Assembly: GCF_009834535.1 (NCBI RefSeq)
Contig: NC_045696.1
Span: 35,094,001-35,158,000 of the forward strand
DNA from: Camelus ferus
Taxonomy: Eukaryota
Reading direction: 5' to 3'
DNA length: 64,000 nucleotides
Shown here in pieces: positions 52,921-64,000 of this stretch; position 1 is the first letter of the stretch; each line of letters starts with the position of its first letter. The notes under the pieces are model-generated. The model did not search any database. It saw nothing but the letters and a program-made list of their open reading frames with translations, and was not told the DNA's origin. The position numbers were made by a program, and so were the translations under genes.

Positions 52921-54009
52921 TTTCACCCAATTTGAGGTTAAGTTCTAGAGTTATTGAGATGTGTAAGACATGCTGCTTATATTCAGGAAGATTTCAATCT
53001 AGTACAGAAGCTCTGATTTCAACTCAGTAAATGGTGTGTGAATACACATGCACTGTGGTAGCATAGAAGAGGACACAATACAATATGCACAAGGGAGTAC
53101 CTTTGAAGTCATATTCCTTTCTTATACCAATGGTCCATATGGCATTGATCCAAGATCCTCTTCTACCCTACAAAACAAACAAACAGACAAACCAAATTAA
53201 GAGACAACACTTGGACTGGTCCCCCAAAACTCAACAGATTGCAAGAGCTCTTTTAGGATGCTCAGTGTTCTGAGAATCAGGTAACTTCTGAATAATTCAC
53301 TCTAGCTACCCAAACAGGCTTAAAAGAAAAACATGATAAAAAATTGATAAAATTATACTACTTAATTCTACAGTAAACAGTATGTTTGAATAGTCCAAAC
53401 AACATGAACACTATTTTTAGATGTAATAATTAAACAGGACAGGAACTAAAAATTGAGCACTAGGTATATTGGAAAGGCTCGAGGGAGGGATAAAGGATGA
53501 CTTGAGTTAACAATTCTTTCATTAAAGGAAGACTATGATATGTATGTCTTAAACATATCTATTATGCTAATAAAATACTTTTAAGATATGTGCGGCAATA
53601 CAAATAAACTGCTTCTTTTGGGGGACAGAGATTGGGAACAATTTTTATTAAATTTTGGCACAGAGAACATATGATATGTATAAAATAAATGACATATTAA
53701 TGATTACTTAAAATTGTGGTAAATTTTTCTGAACACATAGATGTCATTATTAAGTGAAAAGATTTTACAGAGATAAAAAAGTAATCTTTAGTACTAAGGA
53801 TAACAATAAAATTTTATATTTTTAATGCATTAATTAAAGTTAACATTTTGAATAAGTTAAAGCTAGGTGATATCTAATTATATAAATTTAAAAATTATTC
53901 CAGTTAGAAAAAATCTTTCACTTCTTGATTTCAAAGATCTAGGGATTAGTCAGTCAACTTTCATTTCTTACCCAGCCTGCAACACTAAATTTCACTTAAC
54001 ATTTGTGTG

Positions 54010-54410
54010 TGTGACTGGGAGTCATTAGTAACGTCTACTACTTATTTCTCATTTTCTTCCTAGGTACATGCTTGACTTGTGCTTTCTCCTCATTTTGAAA
54101 TTCATGTGTAGATAGATAATTTTCATTGGTCACTAACAGGTGAGCAGAAATTATGTGTCATTTTCTGTAAAAGTTTGACAATCAGTTAGTGACTTGTGCG
54201 TGTCCCTCTTCCTGATGTCATGACTGTGAAATAAATCTTGAGATGAAGTATCCATCAGCTTGGATCCCTGAGTGAAGACATGGAATGTAGCTTCCAGACA
54301 ATTCACAAAAGGCATGTAATGGGACCAGAAATAACCTATGATTGTTTCAAGCCACTGAGATATGGGGCCTGTTTGTTACTCCAGCAGAAAATAATCTGCC
54401 ACAATTAATA
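54010..54410 (+). mobile_element. Old MaLR LTR, MLT1J-like
   Basis: tgagcagaaattatgtgtcatttt...catcagcttggatccctgagtga...gaaataacc...ttcaagccactgagatatgggg...tttgttactccagca. Confidence 0.8.
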
Positions 54411-54837
54411 AAACAATATCAAAGTTTTCAGTGTTTTAGGATGGTCATTGTTATATTACTTCTCATGTGAAAAACACTGATGTAATAGCTGTAGATGGTT
54501 ACATGTAAACACCATAATCTAATCTGGAAAAATGTTAATAACAACTGATAATTCAGTCCCCGTTACAACTTTTGCTTCTTTCCTGTAAAACTAAGTAACA
54601 GAAAAAAAATCAAAGAAAAACTTTTTTGAGACTTTAGTTGAATTTTAAATGACCAAGATGTATTTTACTATAAAGTTATTTAAGTGAATTAAGATTGTTA
54701 CTTGAGGCAAAGCTGATTCCAGGGGTAGTATTTAGAGACATGGCTATATTTTACACTTATATAAATATCTATTTTATATACAGTAAAAAGTTATAAAATA
54801 TATATATTTGATACTACTGATAAAATGTATACTGAAT

Positions 54838-55050
54838 TCAGAAATTTGACAGACCTTTAAGAATTATACATGAGGAAATCATTTTATCCAGCTCCCTCAT
54901 TTTACAGATAAAGATTAAAAAAAACAAAGCAAAACAAAACAATGTGATTCTAAAATCACCTAGAAAGTGTGTGGCAAAATTGAGGTTAGAAACTAGATAC
55001 TTTGACTTTTGGTTCAATTGCTTTCTATTAGTGTTCCTAACATATGTTAG
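54838..55050 (-). mobile_element. MIR3-like SINE
   Basis: aaatcattttatccagctccctcattttacagataaag...aaaatcac...gtggcaaaattgaggttagaaactag. Confidence 0.6.
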
Positions 55051-57942
55051 CCATTTTGTAGTCAAAGATTGTATGATTCAGTGTAATACAAATTCACAAA
55101 TTATTTTTCTGATTTTGGGAGTTTGGTTAATTCAACTCTAGTATACTAGTTTTTTTTTTTTTTTTACTGCTTTTATAATAATACAAGAGACATGATTGTT
55201 TTAAAAGTTCTCATCAAATAAAAGTATGAACTCAGATAACATAAAAAAAAAAAAAGAGCAACGAAAGTGTTTCCAGTTTTGCACAACATCTAATGAAGGC
55301 AAAACTAGACTTCCTCATACAGAGGAAAATGTCTTGCAAAGAAAAAGTCTTCCTGGAAGTCAAATAAGTCTTGCACGAGAAGTCTGATGAGCTAAGTGTA
55401 CATTAATCAGAAACATCTGAATTAAATTTCCCTTAAAATATACATAAAATGAAGAGGAACCGTGGTTTGCAGATTATGTTTCAGGTTCCACTCCACTCAA
55501 ACATTTTTCCAGCCTCAAATAACTCCAGTTTTTTTTTTTTTTCATTACTACTTGGGAGTTCATAAAAATGCTTACTATACCACAGAACACAACTGGATTC
55601 ATGAGAAATCCAGTATAAATATAATATAGATAATGACATAATTTGACCTAACGTTTCCTATTCACATAGAAGCATCAGAGATGAAATTTCTAAAAGAGGA
55701 TTTTTATGTGAAATAGAGAAAAATCTTAACTATTTGAGAGACAAGAAACAAGTTAACTACCCTCAGTTACTTTCATAATCTGATTTTCTTGCTTTCATTA
55801 TCTGGAACTTAGAGTTGGATATTATGCACCATTTCTCATATTTGAAATACATGCTACTATTCTAACACTTTTGTGATACAGCTCTAATATCTAGGATGTC
55901 ACCTAGTGATGCATAAAAAAACCTTAATTCCAGCTTTACATTAAAAACACCATTTGAAAGTGATATTATTATTTGAATTAGTAACAATTCTCCAACAGTG
56001 GAAATTTGATTTTTTATCTATAAAATAGCATGAGGTTTTAAATAAATAATGAAAGCAAACTTATGGTTTCCGTAAAATACATATCAACTGAAAATCACCC
56101 ATGGTGTCTTGCTGTTTGTGAGAAATGTTTCTTTACATATTTCTCTTATTCTGTCATTACTGTAGTACACCACCAGATATATTCCTTATGCAAGTTACAG
56201 TAATCTGAAATTAAGCTTTTACTGAAACAGACTATCAGTATAAAAGAATTTAACATATTATGATAAGCATATGTCCTAGCTCACTTCTAATAACTACAAT
56301 GGTGGTTGAATTATACTGCCAAGGGATCTGGCTATGCAAATGTGCCTGCTTAAAGCTTTGCTAAATTTTATAAAAGCAGAAGTTTGCTTGTATAACTAAG
56401 TGTAATAGTCACTGGGCTTCATGGTCTCATTTTCATATTTTCTAGGGATAGGTTTTTAAAAAATGTATATGTATGATATGTGTTACATATAAAAACTTGT
56501 ACATATAGTTCTTACAATGCAATACATATATACATATACATGCCACTATATCTTCTGGCATATTCCTAAACTAAAATATTTACATGAAAAAGAACGGAGA
56601 ATAAATGCCCAATATAAAAAATGCTATAAAAGGAAAAAAGCCAATAGCTTTCATGAGTAAATTAGTGAATGAGGGATTCCTAGTGAAGCATTAGAAACTA
56701 AACCAGAGGTGAATTTCACTGGCTTACCTGGAAAAAGAATATCTTAAGCAAAATATGGAAAATCAGACAGGGTCAGAGAATTTCCCTGATTACTGAAGGC
56801 ATTAGGGATACAGTGCCAGAGTTTAAGTACAACAGAAATGTCATTTTGGGTTTTGTGAGACCTGAAGATACATGTGCATTTTGGGAGTCCCTTGTTCTAC
56901 AAATTCACAATTTATTTGATCCCTGTGTCTTTCTTCATTTACTTAAATTAAATCTGCCAGTTTTCATAATTATCCTGCATAAAAAAAATTGCTTGGCGCA
57001 CAGAATACAACGCTGTAGCTATGTCTACGTAACTTTTGTTAAAGGAGTTATTTTAACAAGAGGAACACTTGACCCCATTAGTTTAAAATAGAGATCTGGT
57101 CTCCCTTTATTTTCTTTAACACTCAAAATACGTTCTTGAGAAATGACACAGTCAAATTTGCTGAAGAAATTTTGTCAATCTCATTCTGTTTCTCTTTTCT
57201 ATGCAATTTAGTTCCAGATAAAAAGAAATGTTCCCTGCACTGGTCTTAGTAAAAAGGAAACTATTCCAGAAGACTCAGTGATTCCCACTTCTTCCAAAAA
57301 ACAGTGTCTGAAATTCCATTTATATTTTACCCATTTAGATTAAAAGTTTTATCCTTGTTAAAACAGAAATCAACAGAAGCCTAGATGTGGGAAGGATAAC
57401 ACATTATTTTCCTGCCCAAACAGATATGAAAGCAGTCAGACGAAAACTGGATATGGATTGTCCTGTTAAATAAGATAGTCTAAACTTGTCAATATTTAGC
57501 ACCTTTGACACAAGGTGAGAAAGAAAAAAAAAAAAAGAAACATCCATAAAGAGAACAAAAAAAAGTTTTGAAAAAGGTTTTAATATTTTTAATATAAGCA
57601 TCTTTCTATTATAGAAATGGTTTTACTTGTAGGTATAGCAGGGGGCCAAGTTGGAGTGGGATTCTAGGGCTCCTGGAAAGAACCCTGATGAGTCTCTGAG
57701 CGTATTCTTCCCTCTCTTTATGTGCAATCACTAGAACTAGGTTTGTAAAATTTAAGTTTTGTTTTTTGACAGAACATAAATTCCTCAGGATAGGTTATTT
57801 TAAGATCTTATCAATCATATACTTCTTAATTTGGGTCTCATCTGGTTCTAAACACTAACTTTCTCATTCTCTTGACACTTTGCAACACTTGCTGTCCTTC
57901 CTTCCATTCACTGCCAAAGCTGTCATACTTTCTCACCACCTA

Positions 57943-58620
57943 CAGTCGGTTCTGTTATAATTCTTGTTTTTAAAATGGCAGTGTTTTCCAATAAGACTGA
58001 TAACATTAAGGAACTTGAGCAGAACACAGTTTTTGTGTTTGCTTATCATACGTGACTTTGTCCAGGAGAAACACTGGGTGAAAGCAGAAAACTTCACCAA
58101 ACTGAAACTGTCCACAGAGTAATACACAACTTGCACATATGCACTCACCTCAAGCATCTACAGGCATCTCCTTCCACTGTGTGTGTTGTGAGCCTCGTTT
58201 ACTGTTAAAACTTTCTGTCCAGTTTCAGGTAACCTTTCTTCTCACTTCACAATAACCCTCAAGCAGCTACAACCCTTTCTATGCCCATTTCCATGAGTAA
58301 ATTTCAGGTCTTTCTCAAGGTTAACTGCCATATTTACTGTAGTATATGTTATATATTTATTGAGTTTTATATTATATTTTATCTATTTCTAGCCTATTTA
58401 ATAGGTTTAAAACTGTGCTACAGTTTTTTTTTTTTCTTAAAGGGGAATTTCTTGCAGTTTTTCACTTCGTTTTGTTTTGTTGTGATGTCTCATTGACAGA
58501 GTTTAGAGTCTTATGATCCCACCTCCATTTTCTCTGTAAGTACTACAGAATGCATTGCTCTGTTTTGCCTAGTGTAGTGATTTTTAGGAATGAATGAGTT
58601 AGATTATAGAATAATAGATT
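57943..58620. mobile_element. Tigger13a-like TcMar-Tigger DNA transposon
   Basis: TA target dinucleotide followed by cagtcggttctgttataa. The other end has ttttgcctagtgtagtgatttttaggaat...ttatag, resembling the reverse-complemented Tigger13a terminus as recalled. Confidence 0.7.
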
Positions 58621-58639
58621 TGGTCTTTGTCTTTAGTTC

Positions 58640-59650
58640 TTTGTGATCTGATACAGGTGCCCACCATTTTATTGAAATTGGTATCTCTAATGTCACCAAT
58701 GACCACTCTAAGTCCAATGATCTTGTCAACATTCTCAGTCTTCACAACTTTTCAACATTATTTGACACTGTCCTTCAGGTTTTGTTTTTTTTTTAACCAA
58801 TATATTACTGAACATCTTTTATGTGTATGGCCTTTTCTTAAATTCACAGGGGATGGAAAGATAAGTTAAGTGAATTCTTTGCCTGATTGACAGGGATAAG
58901 GCAAGGGTTTGATGGGTTCTACTGCTGGCAGAATCTATGGTAAAAGGGAAATGGGTGCTACATGGATCACATCTGCTTGGGATACCAGGAAGATGTTACA
59001 GAGGATGCAGTGCTTGAGATAATAATGTCACCTTATATAGAAATTTCATACATTTGCTTACTTTTTTCTATATGAGACAAATTACTTGAGAACATAACTC
59101 TCTATCATCATCCTTTTAATATGTCTTTAAGTATATAACAGATTCTAAGGACTTGACATAGCACTTACCTCTTCATAACTTATGTCCTTGCTCGGTACAG
59201 TGACTGCCAAAAAAGTCAGTGTTTACATAATGATGAAAGAATATATGGCTTGGAGTATAGTTGGTATTGAAGGACAAAGAGGGGTGAAAGCATTTCAGAC
59301 AAGGAAATGAAACAACAAAGGTCTAGAGGCGGTAAAGCTGCTGGTATGTTCAGGCAGTATCTAGGAGAGTGGAAGATAGGAGGCAGTCATGTTTTGAAGT
59401 TTTCTCAGTAGCAAGTTAAAAAGTCTGTACATACCAAACCTTTCTTTTCTCTTGGAACTGCTCTTTAACTCTCTGACAACCTGTCTGACCCTCATTACAG
59501 TCTTTAAATGTCTCATTGGTCTTTTTTCCACATTCACATAAATGTGAAATGCTTTTTCCCTATATCCAGTTATCCAATTCCTGCTTAAATTCCAAAGATC
59601 AGCTCAAATACCACACTTTCAGTGAAAGTTTTGCTAATGACCACAGGTAG
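58640..59650. mobile_element. Cluster of degenerate L2 fragments, both orientations
   Basis: gtcaccaatgacc...tttgacactg (+); aaccaatatattactgaacatct...tgtgtatgg (-); aagcatttcagacaagg...aaaggtctagaggc (-); tcagctcaaataccacactttcagtgaag (+). Confidence 0.5.
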
Positions 59651-60008
59651 AACTTAAATTTCTCTACGTTAAAGTTTCCTTCAGCTTGATACAATATAAA
59701 ATCTACTTATTTACCCTTAAAACAGACATGGGTAAATACGTATTCCTTGATTATTAAAGCAAGTATTTCTTCCCAAGCACAAAATGAAACTTTATATACT
59801 GGTTACATGTTTACGTAATTTAAGTAGACTCACAAACATTTTACATCTGCACTTAACTCCATACACACTTAATACATCTGGCTATCCAGTTTTCAGTTTT
59901 CTCATAGAAAAAAATAAACCATAATCTGAATTTAAAGATCTCAAAGAAATTCTACTTGTATTTCTATTTCAAGTGAAAAGTCAATATATCATAGGTAGCT
60001 TTGTTCTT

Positions 60009-60143
60009 TTTTTTTTTTTAAAGTAATTAGATTTATTTATTTATTCATTCATTCATTTATTTATTTATTGGAGGTACTGGGTATTGAACCCAGGACCTCA
60101 TGCATGCTAGGCATAGTCTACCACAGAGCTATACCCTCCCCTT
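60009..60143 (-). mobile_element. Camelid tRNA-derived SINE (Vic-1-like) with 15-bp TSD
   Basis: Reverse strand GGGGAGGGTATAGCTCTGTGGTAGAC...GAGGTCCTGGGTTCAATACCCAGTACCTCC (Pol III A and B boxes), then an (AATA)n/poly-A tail. Perfect TSD ggtagctttgttctt at 59994-60008 and 60144-60158. Confidence 0.9.
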
Positions 60144-60689
60144 GGTAGCTTTGTTCTTGCTGCAAATTTTTTTTTCAGAAATACATATTTAAATTTGACA
60201 GAGTTTAAATACTTGGTTGACTAAGCTTAAATCCTAAAGTGGCTGAGTTTATTTGAGTTTAAGTAGTGATTAAACTAAGTCAGGGAGTGATGGTGTTCAT
60301 AACAAGAGATAAAATTATTATATAAAATTTTATAAATCACATATTTGAATCCCTAAATCAGGATCCTGAACATTCAGATTCATTTTATATGTTAAGAAGT
60401 CTGGAATGTGTTCTATAGACAAGAGAAAAAAACAAAAATATTTTTAAGAAGGTCAATGATCAGGTTTATATTTTAAAAGTCCCATTCTGAACACAAGGTG
60501 GAAAGAGAAACCATTGTCAAGGAGACAAATGTGAAGTGATTTCTATACTTATCCAATGCAGTGATAATAGGAATGGGAAAGGATAGATAGATTAAAAAAA
60601 AAAAAAAAGTTTTCCAACATAGAATTAAAAGACATTGAAAAACTGATAGCATATGATTAATGAAGGACAGAAAGAAGTAAAAGATAAAA

Positions 60690-60970
60690 CTCAGCTTTCC
60701 TATTTGGGCAATTGAGTGATAAGCAGTTTTGTTCACTGATTTAGAAATAATAAAAGGAAGAACACATCTGGAGGAGAAAAGGACCTAAACATATTATGAA
60801 GATTTGAGTTTCAAGTACCTGCAATATCCAATGAAATAAATTCTAAAGATTATTAGATACAAAGGACAGGAACTCAAGATTGAGATCCTGGAGTTAGAGG
60901 GTTGGGAACCACCTGGTTATATGTTGCAGCAATGTGGAAACACAGTTGAGGCTATATGCCTGGGTGTGAT
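60690..60970 (-). mobile_element. L2 LINE fragment
   Basis: tttgggcaattgagtg...gttcactga...tttgagtttcaagtacctgc...tagataca...ggaactcaag. Confidence 0.55.
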
Positions 60971-61349
60971 CATATCACATATCAGAGAAATAGAAGCAGC
61001 GTGACACTGAGCTAGTTACGTTATATAATAATGAAATTTCAGACTTACAGAGAGAGTTCTACAATTATAATCATCCTTAAAATAGCTGAAGGAGAGCAGG
61101 GGAAAACTTTGGTCAAGACAAAGTACTCCAGCATCTCAGAGATTGTTACATTCAGGACAGTGCTTAAGAGGGCAGAGAATCTAGGGTATGTTGAAACTTG
61201 TTCACTTATTCTGACAATATTTGAAGAAATAAACATTATGTCAAAGACAGATTTAAAGGGAAAAAAGCATAATGAAGCATAAGGCCTGATGATTCAATAG
61301 GGGAAGATAAACCCATTTCATTTTGATCTGCACTGGTGAAGACGAGAGG

Positions 61350-61425
61350 TATGTGTTTGTGTGTTTATGTGTATGTATACATATATACATGCATATACAT
61401 ACTTACACACATATACGTGTGTTTG
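61350..61425. repeat. Degenerate (TG)n/(TA)n/(CA)n simple repeat
   Basis: gtatgtgtttgtgtgtttatgtgtatgtatacatatatacatgcatatacatacttacacacatatacgtgtg. Confidence 0.7.
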
Positions 61426-64000
61426 TATTGCATGAATATGTGCCTTCAATCAGTTATAGAAACAGTAGGCACAGGAGTACATTTCTCCCCCCACCCCCCG
61501 GTTGCCTTCCTAAATCATCGCTCAGCATAAACATACATCTTCCAAGGAAGTTACTCAGATTCATTTCACAATGAATGTATTTCAGGAAACATTAGACAAA
61601 TATGATAGTTACAATAAACTAGCTTTTGAACAATTTATTTGGCCCAAAAATATTTTTTGAAGATTATAAATACAAATACTATGCTAAACATTCTACCCTT
61701 TTAGCATAGTTTAATAAATACTTGCTGACCTTTAAACTTGATTTGCCACTTTCTAGTGGTCACGTAAGTCCTAGACTTACTAGAAATGTGTATCAGCATG
61801 CTCAGTATGTAAAAAAAAGTAAATTCCCCAGATACAAACTGTTATAATGAAATGTTTATAGTTTAAATTGTGTAAAATCAAGCAGATTTCAGTTCTAATG
61901 AAAATGATTCAAAATGTTCAAAATCTCAGAAGATTTTGGGGTAGATAATTTCATTGTTTTACTAAATAAACCACTTATAAATCAAAAACACTTTCTCACT
62001 TATCACATTACTTACTTTACTTATACATCTTAAAATCTGTGTAAAATAATTCTAATGAACCTAGAAATTTTCAATAATAGAATGACTGATGTACTTGTAT
62101 TTATGAAGCAAACCATCACATTATGTGCTGTGATTGTTACCTTTTCCTTGACCCACTTAGATCATGCAGGTATAATTCCAATAGGAAGTTTTAAAGTTTT
62201 ATACAATATTCAATATGAAAAAATGAAAGCTCATTATTAAAATATTGATGGTTATGATTTATGAAATCATTGGCAAAACTACAAAACCTCAACAATCACG
62301 TACTTTTGGCAGTGTCTCAATTGTAAACATGGATAAAATCAATAGATTTAATAGAAAAAAACTAAGTGTGTGGATATACACATGCAGTTATCCTCTATAA
62401 TTTATAGTCAAAAACTATCAAATATATTTTATTGTCTTTATGCTTATCATTATTAATTGAATTTCTAAGTGCTGCTATTCTGATAATCGAATTCAACACC
62501 AATAAAGCAATACTTACTAAGCACTGCATAACTTGGAAAAAAGATACTGTAACACTAAAATTTTGTGTACCTTTAATTATTATCAATATTTATATTCAGC
62601 TTTGATAAGTTGACCTTGAAACAAAAAGTAAAGCAGGGAGAGAAAAAGAAAGAGAAAGAAAGAGGATCTGCTTCCTTATTCATAAGAAAGCTCAAGTGAA
62701 TACTTACATAACCCTTTAGTTATAATACAACCTGTTTCTCATTATTAAGAATGTCATCCATTACTCCCAATGGTTTGGACAGTGTGCTTAGATTGGTAAT
62801 AGAAAGTATTTTCCCTTTTTCCTACCAGGGATCTTCAAATGATTAGCTAATAATAGTTGCACAATGATTTCCAGATGTTGCTTACAATACAAGGAGTGTC
62901 CACTTATCTTCCACACAGGATGGTGTGGGAATTGAGGTTCTCCCATAGCTGTAAAATAGAGATCACAGTGGAAATATTTCCCACCCAGAATCTGAAATTC
63001 TAAATGAGAGAAAAGATTGCTCCAAATGCAAGCTTGTTGACTGATTGAGAAGATTTTGGAATTAGCTACTTCAAGCCTGAATTCTTGATATGCTCAAAGA
63101 GGGACTGGGTTGTTTAACAAACACCTTAGACGAACAACAGAGGAATACTTGAAACTATTCTGATTTTCTCTGTAAAGACTAGCCTTTTTTTGTAATTCAA
63201 AGGCAGCGAGTGTTATTATAAAGAATTACTTTAGGAAGAGGTAGAAAGCCCAGGTTCAAATTTTGGGAATGCAGTCTCTGCAATCCTGTCCAGCTGCACA
63301 ATATGGCCACTCATTTTATTCCCCCCTCCCCTGCCTTTTTTGTTTGTTTTTTAGAATTAATATGAGATCATTCCAAAGGGACTTTAAAAATTATATGGCT
63401 TAATTTAGTCAGGTTTAATTAGCAGTGATAGTCAAACCTAAACGTTCAAGCCATTCAGAATTCTTTACCGCTCTGAGTAATTGCTAAGTCAAATGTCATC
63501 TTCATTCTGTATCTTGAGCTTTGGCTTTTAAACACTGTTGATGTTGTTGTGGTTGTTTTATCAAAGACCTGCTGAGCAAAGAGACTCAAGCAGATAAGCA
63601 GACATTTTTCATTTCTTTCCTGAGGAAATTTAGAGGGGCAAATAAGAAAATGCTGCTTGAAATCAAATGCACTTGTCCTCTTTCAGAAATGTCTGAGCTC
63701 ACTGAGTTCTGTGCTGGACAACTCAGACTGGGACGGGCAACAGCAACGTGCTCCAGTGTTAGAAAAGGAATAAAAAAGATCAGGGTTAGTGTTCTGGTCA
63801 GAGAATCCCATTAAAGCAGAAAGACCTGAAAGGAGACAACAAGACTTTGAGAAGTTAGACCCTAAGTTCAGGGTATCTGAATCTCACCCAAGATTCTCAC
63901 AACCCAAGCAAAACCCTGCAAGTTCAGGCCAGGAAGCCATGAGTGCTCTAACATCAGGCATTTCATCAGCAACCCCTGTAACCTAAGGCCGAGATATCTC

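Noticed and set aside
60070..60143. tRNA gene
   Set aside because: The tRNA-like head is followed by an A-rich tail and flanked by a TSD, so it is a SINE.
63670..63775. Acceptor-like ttgtcctctttcag followed by ATG
   Set aside because: The frames I read close within ~27 codons and no convincing donor follows.
1..64000. A novel multi-gene system, CRISPR array or prokaryote-like locus
   Set aside because: The sequence is eutherian repeat-laden non-coding DNA. The longest ORF is 133 aa and there is no regularly spaced repeat-spacer array.

Overview
AT-rich, CpG-depleted mammalian non-coding DNA (intergenic or a large intron), most likely from a camelid: a tRNA-derived Vic-1-type SINE with a perfect 15-bp TSD lies at 60009-60143. 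I could not identify any protein-coding gene, RNA gene or operon-like system, and the six-frame ORFs are short chance or repeat-derived frames. The dominant structure is a near-identical ~22-kb direct repeat (2204-24195 and 24296-46302) separated by exactly 100 Ns. The copies differ mostly by 1-bp indels that appear densest towards the two gap-facing contig ends, so this is most likely an un-merged contig overlap (false duplication) and the window holds only ~42 kb of unique sequence. The rest is ancient eutherian repeats (MIR, L2, L1M, MLT1, LTR16, LTR33, MER3, MER5A, Tigger13a-like), including a three-layer nested LTR cluster and a nested L1 complex. The best functional candidate is a CpG-enriched putative minus-strand promoter/first exon at ~5656-6210, which I cannot assign to a gene. 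Repeat family names come from my recall of consensus sequences and need RepeatMasker/Dfam confirmation; most repeat boundaries are approximate. I found no support for a novel biological system.
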